Assembly (NCBI GenBank): GCA_025201805.1
Contig: MU619331.1
Span: 6,458 to 70,457 of the forward strand
DNA length: 64,000 nucleotides
Source: Parasitella parasitica NRRL 2501
Taxonomy: Eukaryota > Fungi > Mucoromycota
Direction of reading: 5' to 3'
Part shown: positions 40,464 through 54,161 of the stretch, in pieces
How the letters are laid out: every line of letters begins with the position of its first letter
How positions within the stretch are numbered: the first letter of the stretch is position 1
Made by a program: the position numbers and the translations under genes
The notes under the pieces: generated by a model
What the model saw: only the letters and a program-made list of their open reading frames with translations
Database searches by the model: none
What the model was told of the DNA's origin: nothing

Positions 40464-41078
40464 ATTATTCTTTTGTTTCATCTTTATTTCATTTGCTTTT
40501 TATATAACTATTAAAAATTAAACATCTCTATGTAAATCAGATTTATGCAAATTTAATTTCTCGAACTTGACGATTTTCACTGACTTGTGAAGATATTTTG
40601 TCGTTTATTTTGTTCAAAGGTGTATGAGAAATAACACAGTACCCAAAAAACTCAAACAGTATTGTCTGCGATATACAGAGCTGCTATTGTATACAATTAA
40701 ATGCTGGAACTAGATTGACAAATGCTGATCAACACTGTACGTTCATTGCCTTCTATTTATGATGCTGGCTCCCAACAAAAAATTTGAATTTGGCTACTTG
40801 ACAATTTCAGCTAAGCATACCGCACAATACATTTTTCAAGCGCAATTACTACTTTTCAGTGCATAACATTAGAAATAATACACTACCTCAGATGCCTTTG
40901 TTCTTTTAGCAAGCATATATGTAGACAAATATTTAAAAACATTTTAAGGAAGCATGCTGCGTGTTACAACGATGATACCATCTCGTGTTTCACATGTCAA
41001 AATCTACATTTCTACAATCTCCGAGAACGACGTATTTTATTTTTATCATACCGGTACAGATGAAATCCGTATTATGAT

Positions 41079-41808
<730 letters not shown>

Positions 41809-41967
41809 GCTTTTATTATGATTTCGCAAAAACAAAGAAAGCAAAGAAAGTAAAGAAAGAAGAAAAGAAGAAAAGAAGGCAGAAAGTATGCTGAAATATA
41901 TATGAACATTTGTTGGAGTGACATGATGGTGCTCGTCATTTGAAAAGCCGAATTTTAGGTGTGTTAT

Positions 41968-43820
41968 TCAAATTACACTTGCTTCTGACATTGACAGGTT
42001 ATGATTTAATCGACTGGATAGTGTTTGTGATTCGACATTAGCATGCTCCAGTGTATAACGTAAGAATGGGCTTGTTTCCAGACCTTGCTGTTTTGATTGC
42101 ACATGCGTAAATGATGGATGGCTCATGATGTCTTTTACTGTCGGTCTCTCCTTTGCCTCTGTTGTCAATAACCACTCAATCATCTCGCTCATTTCCAGTG
42201 ATAATTTTGACAATGCAGACTTCTGCTGGGAGAAATCGCCCAGTCTAAGCATCTCCCACGATTCCCCGGTTCCTGGTAACACAACGCCTGTTGCTAGTTC
42301 TAAAAGAATCAATCCCAAACTATAACAGAGATATGGTCAATTTGTGCTAGTAATTTGTGGCGTAAAGAAAAATAGGCGTACCTGAATATATCTGCTGGTT
42401 TATCAAAGTTTTCTCGCAGTAAATCAGGAGCCATGTATCGCCTATCTCCCTCTCCTTTTACCCATCGCATATCCACAGGTGTTTGGACTGATATGCCGAA
42501 GTCGCCAATCTTCAAGTTGCCTTTGTCATCAATCAAGATGTTGGATGGCTTTAAATCTAAATGTGCAATGTTTGCTGCGTGTATATCTTGTATTCCAAGC
42601 ACGACTAGATAGAATATTTGCCAGACTACGCCTTCGATTATTTTTCTGTTTTTAAATTGGATATATTTGTCGAGACTATATGTTGATGTATATCAAAAAG
42701 CTGCTAAATTAATTCCATGCTCAAGTCAAATTTACCTTCCACTGGGACACAGTTCCAGTTGTATATATAAGTAGCCTCTTTCTTCCCATGAGTTGATCAT
42801 ATTTACACAATATTTACTATCCTTTACTTTTCTCAAATGGTCTACTTCGATCAATTGCTGCCATCGATCATCCCATCCAGTAAAGCTGTTTTTGGATTTT
42901 TTGACAGCATACAGTTGGTTGGTTGCCAAGCAACGAACTTTCCAGACTTGAGCAAACTCGCCCGAGCCCATACTACCCAATTTTTCAAATTTAGAGTCAA
43001 AGTACGATGTAAATGGCACTGCTGAGGTGTTTTCTGATGCTGGCAATGATCTGTCTTGTGGGCCATGGTGTTGGAAATAACTGTCTGTCAGAAAATGAGG
43101 TTTATCTGTCTGCCACAATGGTCCGTGTTGATGTTGTCGCTGCAGAATACTCATTTTCACAGCTGAGGACAATACAAATTCTGGTTCGTCTGCAGGATTA
43201 TGACTTGAGAAGAGCCGATCCACTTCATCGTCAAAACTCGTCGGCTGTGCACGCTGAAAATACGGTCTGCTGAGCGGTAGGGTTGTTTTATCTTCGGAAT
43301 CTATTGCTCCTTCTTCATCTTCTTCTTCCTGGTTAAATAAAGATGAGGGTATCAAGTTGCATTTTCGTCGATCTTCCTCGTCCGGTAGGTTGCTACTAGA
43401 TACCAGCTCGCTGTAGAGAGACCTTCGGTAAAATTTCTGGTCAATGTCAATAGTATCATTAAAGTAATCGTCCTCGTCGTCTTCCTCGTCGTCTTCATCG
43501 ATGTCCTCATCAATGCCAAGCAAATCATGGGCCATGCTTGACCCATGGTTGGTAGAATCTCTAGTTGGTGAGCGGTCGTATCCACTGCCCGGCTCCAATA
43601 ATGATCCTATCCGATTTTCAAAAGTGGGAGTTTGTGCACCTATCGACGAGAGGTAATTATCGCCAACGGCCAAGTCAGACACTTGATCTTCTTGTGTCGA
43701 ATTGTCAAATAGGGTATCCAGGCGACTTTTTTTTGCTGCTGCAGTTATAGAAGAGCTTGAGGGCGATAGTTCCCTTTTACTGTTCTGGGTATTTTTAAAA
43801 TTTGACGTGGACGAGGCCAT
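41968..43820 (-). CDS. WEE1: Wee1/Myt1-family kinase, 3 exons
   Basis: MGSGEFAQVW, YAVKKSK, YLYIQLELC, HLDLKPSNI, KIGDFG, EGDRRYMAP and GESWEMLRLGD. Confidence 0.9.
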
Positions 43821-44066
43821 GTTTATCTTTTTAGATAGGAAAAGGAAACGGGAAAAAGAAAAAAGGAACATCAAAAAATTTTCCTGCCAATGTGTGAAAT
43901 ATAAAAGCATGGAAGGCCTTTCAATATTGTAATTTTGATTGGTGATGCAGATAGACCTTAACACAAGAGACGTTCGGTTGACAGCATTCAAACTTAACAT
44001 TATGGTTGCAATAACGCTACATTTTACTCATGAATACACAATAAAGGGGGAGGGGATCTAAATTAT

Positions 44067-45907
44067 TTAATGCTTTGATTTCTTGTGCTTTTTAGTAGAC
44101 TTTTTGCCTTCGTTTTTTGATGATTTATGCTTTTTGCTTGCTTTAACTTCTGCTTTAGCCAATTTACGTTGTTCTTTTTCAAGCTCCTTAGAAACGGATT
44201 TCACATGTTTGGTCAACATCTTTTTCTTCTTCTTTTGGTTTTTTTCGAATACATTGTCGTCTCTCTCCTTCTTCTTCTGAGGACGGTAGGGTGCCAATGA
44301 TTTCATACCAACGTATTTGTTTAATTCTGCATCTTCTGCCAATAAGATTTCTTCTGCCGTTAAACCATAGTCCTCAGGCTCGGTTCTAGCATATTTGAAT
44401 CGAGTATATAAATCACCACCAATAACATCTTCATAATTAAGTGCATAGTACTCGTCCATAAGATCATTGAATTTTCTCTTTTTCGATTCTACTTCAGTGG
44501 CGGCTGATTTCTTGGTAGTGCCTTGCCCTTCATACTTGTCTCCACCTGGGAGGTAATCAGCATCCATTATATCCTCATCAGGTAGACCAGTTTCAATGTC
44601 ATCGTCCCAAACAGGCTTCTCGTTGAGACCGCCTTCTTGATCGTTATAGTAATCATCGTCAAACACATTGTCCATTTGAGCATCAAAGATAGAGGGGTCA
44701 AAATCGCCATCCAAATCGATATTTTCTAATCCAACAGCCTTGTTACCAGTAATAAGACGAATATCTTTGAGTTTATCATGGATCTCCTTCATCTTTTGGT
44801 TCTTTTTTTGCTTCAGCTCTTCCATCTTTTGTTGCTTGAGTGCTTCCTTGCGCGCCCTCTCATTAGCCCTTCTCTTTGCTCTTTTGCTTTCTTTTCTACG
44901 GACACTGCCTTCAACCTCACGGGAGTAAGTTTTAATAGTGGATGCACCCTCTTCTTCGAAACGGAAATTGTATTTACTCTCAAATCGATCAACATCATCA
45001 AGATATTCCTCCTCTTTCTCTTTGTCGATTTCATCTAAAGTTTGTACTTTATCTCCCTTTTTATCGACCCAACCGCGATTTAGTACATAATCCATCAAAA
45101 AAGCCTCTTCGCGATCGACATTGGGGTTTTGCTTAAAGTTGCTCCACTCTTCAAATGCCTTTGCAGAAGGTGCGTCGTCTTTCATATTTTCCAGCAAAAA
45201 CTTGCGGTAAGCGTTCTCTTCCGCCTCGTTCTCTTCGCTTGATTTATTTTTCTTGGTCAAAAACCCATCATCATCCTCATCTGCGTCGTCAGAATCAGCA
45301 GCATTTTTGAAGGCGTTGCGCAAATCCTCTTGTTCTTGTTGATGGGTTTTAGTTTTCACAGATTCATCCTGTTCATTGACAAAGCCACCATGCTTTAACA
45401 AGATATCACGCTCGTAATCTTTGAGCTTAATAACAGGTTCCTTAGTCTTGCTGCTTTTCTTTTCGGGTTTGTTGGTATCTATATGCTTGAAGAAATTGGT
45501 TGAACTTTCGTATACACGAGGATCTTTGGCTTGGATAGCGGCAATTGTCTTGAAGATTTGTGAATCAACAGCAGGTGTCAACAAGTTGGCATCATCGTCT
45601 TCTTCTTCATCAGAATCATAAGACGAACTTTCATCCTCTGTATCACTTCCAGCTGCAAGCCTTTCAGCAGCTACTTCAGCTTCAATTTCTGCGAAAACAT
45701 ACATTTATTAAAACCAAATTTTGACAAATAGTGTTCTGATTCGCATTTACCTGCAATTGCCTGATTTACTGTTTCATTAGAAATTTATAGCGTTAGTCCC
45801 CTCAAGACGATCAACATTAATACAAACTTACATAGTTCAGGGCGCTTGTATTCTGAAGAAGGGCTGGTTCTTTCTCTGATTTGAACTTTGAATTCGTTGG
45901 TAGCCAT
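44067..45907 (-). CDS. KRI1: KRI1 40S biogenesis factor
   Basis: FLMDYVLNRGW, FESKYNFRFEE, YYALNYEDVIGG and YGLTAEEILLAEDAELNKYVGMKSLAPYR. Two short 5' exons. Confidence 0.92.
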
Positions 45908-46162
45908 GTTGAGTTGAAGAGAAAAAATATTTTCTCTGGCAATGTTAGGTTAACCAACTAACTGTTACCGGTTTTTGATGGGTGGGACCGTCCAATTCTT
46001 TTTGCTTCCAGCTACCATAACGATGTTTACCATGGTTGATCTGCCAACTTTTGGATTCGTCTCAATTCCTATATTTTAAAGCAAAATTTGTGGATTACTC
46101 TTTTGCTACATGGTTTTTTTTTAGAAAGATTTCGAATAGGATACACATAATTTGTTGAAATT

Positions 46163-46620
46163 TCATTTATGACAATAACCGCCATTCTCCGGGCACATAC
46201 CAGACTTGCAGCATTTGCCAGGTTTACAGCAGTTTTGACCTTCTTTGCAAACAGAATTATCTGTAAGACAACTTGTACCAGTCGATAGTGACCCGCAGGA
46301 CCATCACATTGAGTACTATTTGTGAAATCTTCTCTTAATTTCTTGCATCTAGCTTTGCTGTAGATACCGCCATAGCAATATAATGGAAAGCAACTAACAC
46401 TTATTCCATCTGACTCTGGACATGTAGAGACATTTTCAACAGCAGTACGTCTTTTATACTCAAAGCATCCTTGCGGATGACATGACCCTGGATGCTCCTT
46501 ACAAACTCGTAAACTTGGGCAGTCTTTTTTTACTTCGCAGGAAATACAATCAGTAGAACAAAACGTAGTGAATGTATTTAGATAAACAGAGAAAGCTAAC
46601 ATATAGGCTTTTGCAAGCAT
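46163..46620 (-). pseudogene. Cys-rich, probably secreted protein gene with a frameshift
   Basis: Cys-rich frame from MLAKAY. After GPAGH the Cys pattern continues in another frame: TGTSCLTDNSVCKEGQNCCKPGKCCKSGMCPENGGYCHK*. Confidence 0.55.
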
Positions 46621-47203
46621 TTCAAGAAATAATAATAGAAGTTCTGAAGGACAGGAAATCATTGTATTTATAAGAAAATTGTAACTATGAATAATGCGGT
46701 GCAGTGATCTTCAAATTATCGTTCCAAAGCAATAATATGCGCGCTCGCTACCTGTTTTCAGACACAATTATGTGTAGTGTTATTTATACTGAGGCATCAT
46801 AATAACAATTGAAATTGACAATACAGTTTACATAATTATACGAATCACTTACCATTGCAGGGTTATCCTTTTTTTTTTAGAGGGTCAAACGATTAATCCT
46901 GTTTGTGCCTTCAGAAAAGAGAGCCACATTATTCTCCTGTTGCTCTATAAAAACATCAGTTAGCTATCACAAGGCCAAACCATAAGATAGCTATTCCTGA
47001 ATGTACTGTACGATAGAACTCAAGTTTAGGATTTTAAACATGCTCTTAAAAAGCTATTTAAACTTGAGCAACCACTATTGATATAAACACTCATTTGTGT
47101 CTCTCAAAATTGTAGTAGTATGCTTTAGTTGATCGCGTATGACGTCTTGATAGCGCCATCTTCGCAACATTACATTATCCATTCATGTCAAAAATAGCAA
47201 GGA

Positions 47204-47483
47204 TGTAACAATAGTGATTTATCAGAGTGAGAAATTATTCTAATAAAATGGTTGTGAATTAATCAGGTAAATATTTCGTTAATTACATGGAAAAGATGAT
47301 GGTTTATATACTAGTGAATTTAAGTGGGATAAGATATAAGTGTGATTTAGAGAATGGAACGATAGATTGTATCTATTGTCCATGAACATGTCATGTTGAG
47401 TTATAAATAGGGAACATCATCCATTGGGATTTGTTCCTGGATTGTGAGTTACTTGAGTTTGACTTTCGGTTGGGAAATTGACA
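47204..47483 (+). mobile_element. LTR-like dispersed repeat (family B), uninterrupted copy
   Basis: TGTAACA...TGACA ends and internal TATAAATAG. A second copy at about 61323-62277 is split by an insertion. Confidence 0.6.
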
Positions 47484-48705
47484 CATGAAACAGTAGTACA
47501 TGGCTAAGAAGACTATACAAAATCTTTTTATGCTAGCTGTTATGTCAAAATAAGTCAATGAAAATGAATCTGCTTGAGATTTACACTATATTAGAAATAC
47601 ATCTTTTGGTAGTATTTTACAAACCAACATTATGTGCTAACGTCATAATTTACGACTGTAACAAAGGTTTAGTATTTAGAGCATGCGGTGGAGATCCCCG
47701 ATTTACCTACGCACATTGGCTTTAGCTCTTTGCTCTGAATACAAGCCTTATAGCATGTTATTGATATAGCATTTCCGGATATACCTATTCTTCTATTTTA
47801 CATAAAAGAGAAGATTGGGTACGATGTCTCCCCGACATCCCTCGATCTGACCTTGATGTAATCTTTGAATAAGCCTAGAAGCTTACAAGAGGTTCAATTA
47901 CAACCTGTAGCTTATTCCTTATTTGTAAAAGAATTACTAACAATTAATATCATGATCCTTACATTATAACTTTAGATATGATATAAGTTGCCTTTTTATG
48001 GACACAACATATCTGATTGGTTTTCTAAAGAAAAATTTAGTGTTAACAGCATAAACCATCTCTCCCTACGACAACTTTATTGTTTCTGATCAAGAATAGC
48101 CTTTATACAGATGATCCAAGCAATTAAAATTAAATAATGCCGCGGGATAGATTCTCACGCACATTGTCATATTCGACCAAGCGATAGGTTATATTCTATT
48201 ATATAATTATTACAAATACTGTTCAACATTATCGTACAAGATAACATCGTTAGTTAACATTTATGCTTGTATTTGAATATATAAAAAATGTGTCATAACT
48301 GTAAATTGACGAGGTATTTCTCTGCAACATTTACAACAAAATTTAACTCAATGATGAAGGACTGATGAGAGCTTTTATTATGTAGATCCAGTTGGAACTT
48401 GTGTTCTCCTTAACAAATCACTTGTGAATAAACTGTGGAATAAACCGATGAAGCCGAAAAAATAAAAAGAAGCTTCAGCAATAGTAAAAGAAAAAGAAAC
48501 AGTGCATAGTTATTTGGCTTATGCTACATCTTGTTTTGATTTCTCTCAAGCTGCGCAATTACGCAGGAAATTATTTTGTACACCTTAATTTAACTATCAC
48601 ACGAATTGATATTAAAAATCTCCCCACCACCACCCCTTCTCTTTGTTTTTATTTTACTTCCTTTTTCTTTACCCTCTTGTGTATTATAATATAAAAATAA
48701 ATAAA

Positions 48706-49884
48706 ATGAAACGACGATTTCCGCCTTGTATATTGATATTCTGCTTTTTACTATTAAATTGTATAAAAGGACAGCTACTACTAAATCCCTCCAAAACAAC
48801 AATGAAAAACGGCCTGATAGCTCGAGACAATGATCATAATAACGACGATGATAAACTTAGCAATGGACAAAACAAGGACGGTGATAACGATAGAGATAGA
48901 GATAAAAAAAATAATCAGGAACAAGTTACAACAGAAGTCAACATTATCTACACTACTATTGTCTACACATCAGCTCCAACAGCTGTATCTTCAGCTGCAA
49001 CATCTTCACCTTTACCAAGCATGTACAACGTGTCTAATACAGGATCTGCTCACCAAGAACAACAGCCACAGCAGAAATCACCATCTTCCTCGTCAAATTT
49101 AGACGATCCGAATAAAAAAGAAGATCTGGCAGAGAGCCTCAAAGATGATCAGCAAGCATTGAAGCGAATGATTATGATATTATCCCTTGTGGGCGGATTA
49201 GGTGCGATTGCTGTAGTTGCAACTATAGTAATATTCACGAGGATGAGAGTAAAAAATAGAAAACAGCGAGAAATTGACCAAGAAGGACACGAAGGCTCGA
49301 CATTTGAATTAAGTGCTGATGTAGATCGACGTTCGTCCAACTCGAATACGAGTGAATCAGATAATAATGACAGAAGGAGCGGTGGAGGGGCACAGGGCTC
49401 ATTATTAGGTTCAAATTCACCAAGTGTGTCTATATCTTCAACTGCATCATTGGCGAATGGTAGGACATTAACTGAACCATCAGCGCCACCGGCGCTCCTG
49501 ATGATTGACGGATTGGAACCCTTGCATAGAAATCGACGCAATATTATATCCATGAGCTCGCAGACTACAGCTCCTTCGCCATCAGCACCTACAGCCAAGG
49601 AATTAGACGCTATGGAAGAAGATGAAAATAACGGAGCAACTTCATCCACGTCGTATAACCAGCATATACTTCACCACGGCCATCATCATCATCAACAACA
49701 AATAAATAGCTGTTCAAGATGCACACCCATGATGATGGCACCTGAATTACCGCCGCCGGCCTATACACCGAGTGCACCACCACATTACGCTCTACCAATA
49801 GAAGCGACTGTGATAGAAACATCCCCCTCTTCTTCGTCAAGTATGTCACCATTACCTTCAAGGAGACATTCGTTGGGAGGTTAG
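48706..49884 (+). CDS. Single-pass type I membrane protein with a cytosolic PPxY motif
   Basis: Signal peptide MKRRFPPCILIFCFLLL, TM MIMILSLVGGLGAIAVVATIVIF followed by basic residues, and ELPPPAYTPSAPP. Confidence 0.75.
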   Translation: MKRRFPPCILIFCFLLLNCIKGQLLLNPSKTTMKNGLIARDNDHNNDDDKLSNGQNKDGDNDRDRDKKNNQEQVTTEVNIIYTTIVYTSAPTAVSSAATSSPLPSMYNVSNTGSAHQEQQPQQKSPSSSSNLDDPNKKEDLAESLKDDQQALKRMIMILSLVGGLGAIAVVATIVIFTRMRVKNRKQREIDQEGHEGSTFELSADVDRRSSNSNTSESDNNDRRSGGGAQGSLLGSNSPSVSISSTASLANGRTLTEPSAPPALLMIDGLEPLHRNRRNIISMSSQTTAPSPSAPTAKELDAMEEDENNGATSSTSYNQHILHHGHHHHQQQINSCSRCTPMMMAPELPPPAYTPSAPPHYALPIEATVIETSPSSSSSMSPLPSRRHSLGG

Positions 49885-50248
49885 ACTGCTGGCACAGAAA
49901 TATCAGGGGAGAGGATACTGATATTCCCTTTTCCTGTTCCCTGTTGCTGTAAAATTCATTATACATGACATATACCCAACTACTATTTAATAAATGTACA
50001 GCAAACATGCCGCTGTAGGCTCATTATACAACTCGCCATGTTCGTTTTAATATCATCTACACAGTGTTGCCTCCATAGGATTGCCAATCGTCAAATGTTG
50101 CCATGCATGTATCTCCTTACAAAGCATCTCCTGACTGTCTACAAATCATCTCCTTTTCGTAAACTTATATAAAGCGTTCAAGAACCTTCAATCTCTCGGT
50201 TTCGACACTTTCTCATCCTTTCTTTGTCTTGCTACTTTGTTTTGAAAA

Positions 50249-50518
50249 ATGTTTAAACTCGTCTTGGTGGTCGCTCTGTTCTCTGTCATCATCACATTAG
50301 GCCAAGCTGGTAGTTATCATCGAAGCGCAGTTCTCAAAAGAGAAGAAGAATTCTGTGACATTTCTTGTCCAGACCAAACTTGTATAAATAGCTGCTATCG
50401 TAGCTTGGAAGCACACAGATTGAGTGTAGACAACATTCCTTCGCGCAACGTCTCTGCTGTATGCCACGACGGTTACTGTTTTTGTGGTTTCGAGGCTTGT
50501 CTTGATGGTCAGTGCTAA
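50249..50518 (+). CDS. Small secreted cysteine-rich, defensin-like prepropeptide
   Basis: Signal peptide, LKR Kex2 site, and a mature region with CxxxC and CxC. TATATAAA upstream and AATAAA downstream. Confidence 0.8.
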   Translation: MFKLVLVVALFSVIITLGQAGSYHRSAVLKREEEFCDISCPDQTCINSCYRSLEAHRLSVDNIPSRNVSAVCHDGYCFCGFEACLDGQC

Positions 50519-50822
50519 GACTGGTGACTGTAATAATACACTATAAAATTAAATAAATTTTTGTTGCTTGATCAAACCACATTTGTTTATGAGTAATCTA
50601 CTGCCAAAATCACTATTTTCTGCCTCTACTCTGAAAAGAGAGCCAGTTGAAGAGACGTTGGGTAAAGAAATTAACTGACATTGATTCATAGTCCTAATAC
50701 CGCTCGCTATAGAGTCGCATCCATCATCACAGCAGCAACAAAAAAGACAGAGACACAACAATAAAGTTACTGCTTCCTCGCAGCAACCTCACTCCATCAA
50801 AACACCTGTCGACTCACCTTTC

Positions 50823-52680
50823 ATGGATCCAAAAAGATCGATCCGCAGCAAGGGCAGATTAGCGAATGATCTGCAAAACACAGACGACAGTGGCAATGAC
50901 GACAGTTGTAGTAGCAACAATAGTAGTAGCAGTAGTAGTAGCAGTAGTAGTAGTAGTAATGAAGAGGAAGAGGAAGATATTGAGATGAAAATGCTACGGC
51001 AGGATCATGTGTCTGTGTCGCACATCAACCATACCATGCACCATCTGCTATTAAAGGTATAGTATTTCTTGCTGTGGTGGTATACTGCATTTTGGACTGA
51101 AGGTTAAAAACAGCTCGAACGACAGCAATCAAAACAAAATCGTTACCTTGCAAAACTTAAACAGATCAGCAAGTCAATTAAGAAAACTAGTCGACTGATC
51201 GGATACAATGCGAATTTGTTATCTGAGCAATGCAGCACCGCAACAACAAAGAATATGCCTGCCACTCTTATACCAGCTCCTCAGCTTGCGAAAAGATCTG
51301 TACCATTCTCAGCAAGGATAAAACAAACAAAATCTACACAGGACACAAACAGCAATGGTGATGGTAGTACCGAAAGGGAGGCACTTCCAGATGTGATGAT
51401 AGTGAGCCCAGAACCCCCACAAATAGTGCTACCACCTGCACAACATCCAGGTCCTCGCCCAGCCTCTAGATTCCCAAAACCCAAGCATCTATCTAACAGG
51501 GATTTCAAGGAAATTGGATTCGGCCGTAGTCAGCTCATGGACATCTACACTCTTCGTAGGAAACATGGAGACGTAGTATTCAATAAAAAGCCACGATCTT
51601 TGCTGTACAACATAACTGATGGTAGTTTGAACAATGGCATGAATGAGCTCATGATTACGACATCTTTGGATGGAGAGTTGCAATTCTGGAACGCTGCTGA
51701 AAGAAGAAAGATTAAAACGATCGGCAAAGACCACATCTACGATTCTTGGATTGATGATATATGCTGGGCCACGCCTACCACATTGGCATTTTGCCCCCCA
51801 CAGAAATCAGACGAGCCTGTCAAACTGGTCCACATTGGTAACGTGACCAAAACGAATGTAGAAGGCCGCATTCAGACACTGGAGGAGTCTCCTCATGATA
51901 ACGGCATTTCGGTCATTGGATCATTGGAAACTGGCGATTACAACACAAGGAATACCGAGAAATGTAGCTTTGTTACAGGTGGATATGACAAAAGCGTCTA
52001 CCTCTGGAGTCTCAAGAGAGAATCCCCTGATGATAATTTCACATCAACTGGTATTTCTAGGCTGAACATCAAACACACGTCTGCCGTTTATTCACTCTGT
52101 TATGACAGATTCAAAAACGTGCTATTGTCTGGCGGTGCTGATGAGAGACTGGTGCTATTTGACATTCAAGCAAATACATCACTTCGAGAATTAAGACTGG
52201 CACAGCGTGTCAGTCAGATAATTCAGAGTAAGGCCAATCCAAATATTATGCTCATCACGTAAGTCTCTCACAACTTCATGATGTAATTTTATACTTAATG
52301 AAAATAATAGCTCTACGCTTCGCTCTGAGCAATTTTATATTTATGACCAACGGATGCCTGGCTATGATGGCATCAAATTAAGATTTGGTCAGCATGAATC
52401 AGAAACACTTTCAAGATTCACGAAGCCTGATATGCATGAAAATGGTTATGTTGTGTGTTGTGGGCATCAAAGCTCATCTAAGCTTAATTTTTGGGATCTG
52501 CGATTTACGGATGTTCATAAATCAATATCATTTAGTATGGATACGCCATCTACCACTCGCATTCTTCGATCTATGTTTATACCTAACACTGAAACAATTG
52601 TCTCTCTCTCTTCGTCCCGTACCATGAGCTGGTTGGATTATAACGTCAAAAAAGATGAGGTTGTTAAATGTCTGGTTTGA
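50823..52680 (+). CDS. WD40-repeat protein with an acidic/coiled-coil N-terminus, 3 exons
   Basis: TTSLDGELQFWN, VTGGYDKSVYLWS, LSGGADERLVLFD and LNFWDLR. Confidence 0.85.
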
Positions 52681-52734
52681 ATAAATGCTTTGCAATTTAG
52701 ATTACGTATTTATTACAGTTTGACTCTTTAATAG

Positions 52735-52735
52735 A

Positions 52736-52791
<56 letters not shown>

Positions 52792-52797
52792 AAGAGA
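52735..52797. repeat. Compound (GT)n(GA)n microsatellite
   Basis: Seen directly between two convergent genes. Confidence 0.95.
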
Positions 52798-52885
52798 ATA
52801 TTACAGATGTAGAATATAGTGATGAAAAAGGGGTTTATCATTAATATGTTTGATTTTGTATACTTTTTTTGTAGGATAACACAAT

Positions 52886-54043
52886 TTACTCTTCTTCTAG
52901 CAAAACATTGTCTTGCTGCTGCTGTTGCTGTTGCTGCTGTTGCTGTAAGACGCCACGAAGACGACGTTCTTTCTCACTTTCAAGCTGTCCGTACAGAAGA
53001 TAAAGCGCCCTCTCGTTAGACTCCATGGTTCCTTGAATAGTAAACATTCGTTCGCCAGATTCATCATGAGGCGTTTTAGCAATGGATATGTGAGATCCCG
53101 ATAATTGACGAATCTCTGAAATCTTTGATCCACCTTTACCAATGATACAGCCTACCATATCGCTTGGAATAGAAATCTGTTGTGTGCGAACATCAGCATT
53201 GGATGGGGGTTGTTGTGGTTGTGGAGGCTGGAACGATGTGCGACGAGATGATGACGATAAAGATGATGAAAGATCTGTTTGATTGAAATCCGCACCGTTG
53301 CCGGTGCGAGTAAATGAAGCACGTCTATCGCTTACGGTCGAAACCTTGGTTGGATTATACAAAATTGTACCATAAGCTCTATCTTTGTCCTCAATAAGAC
53401 AAGCACCGATCTCTGAAATGGCTTGCAAAAGTGCCTCGACTGTACCGCGTACTTCAACAACGCGTTCTGTGCTCTGAGGCAATAGCGTTTTACTTGCTGT
53501 CATGCGAACGCCTGAATTATCTTGGATCTGCTTGATCTTGGCACCCTGTCTTCCGATTACTGTACCCATCAAGTTGTGCGATATTAACAATCGCAAAGTA
53601 GCCACGGAATTGATAGCCGTAGAGCTATTAATAGCATCTTGGGGTACAGATGGCGCGTTGTTAGCAGTGATGCCATCCATAGTGGCCCCAGCAGTTGGAT
53701 TATCTATCACGGTGCGGGCAATTAATGAATAGGCCTAATCAATGCTTATTAGCATTCAGCAGCAAACGGGCAATATATATATATTTATATATCCTACCAT
53801 GGCAACGCCCTCCGGAGTACCACTCACTGTCAGCACACGATCATGAACACCTTGAATCACTTTGGAAACACCAGCTTTTACACCAGTTTCTTCTCTTAAT
53901 TCGGCGACATTTTTACCTCCTTTCCCAATAATCACACCTGCCTCTCTTGTAGAAACCAAAGCGCGGAGCGTAAGCTGATCCTCTTGGTTAGAATATGATT
54001 GTTGTTCAGATACGGCAGAGTTGTCGTCTTGATGCTCAGGCAT
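52886..54043 (-). CDS. Three-KH-domain RNA-binding protein (hnRNP K/PCBP, Hek2/Rnc1-like), 2 exons
   Basis: Three GxxG loops: AGVIIGKGG, MGTVIGRQG and VGCIIGKGG. Confidence 0.92.
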
Positions 54044-54161
54044 TTTACACTTGAGAAAAATAGAGAGAGTGAGAGAGGAAAGAAAGTAGAAAAACGAAAA
54101 AATATACAGAGGATATTAAAATTTTTAGGGTGATATGGTAATACAAGATTTAGATATTTTA

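Noticed and set aside
48355-48480. Hammerhead ribozyme suggested by CTGATGAG
   Set aside because: No stem II followed by GAAA and no stems I/III.
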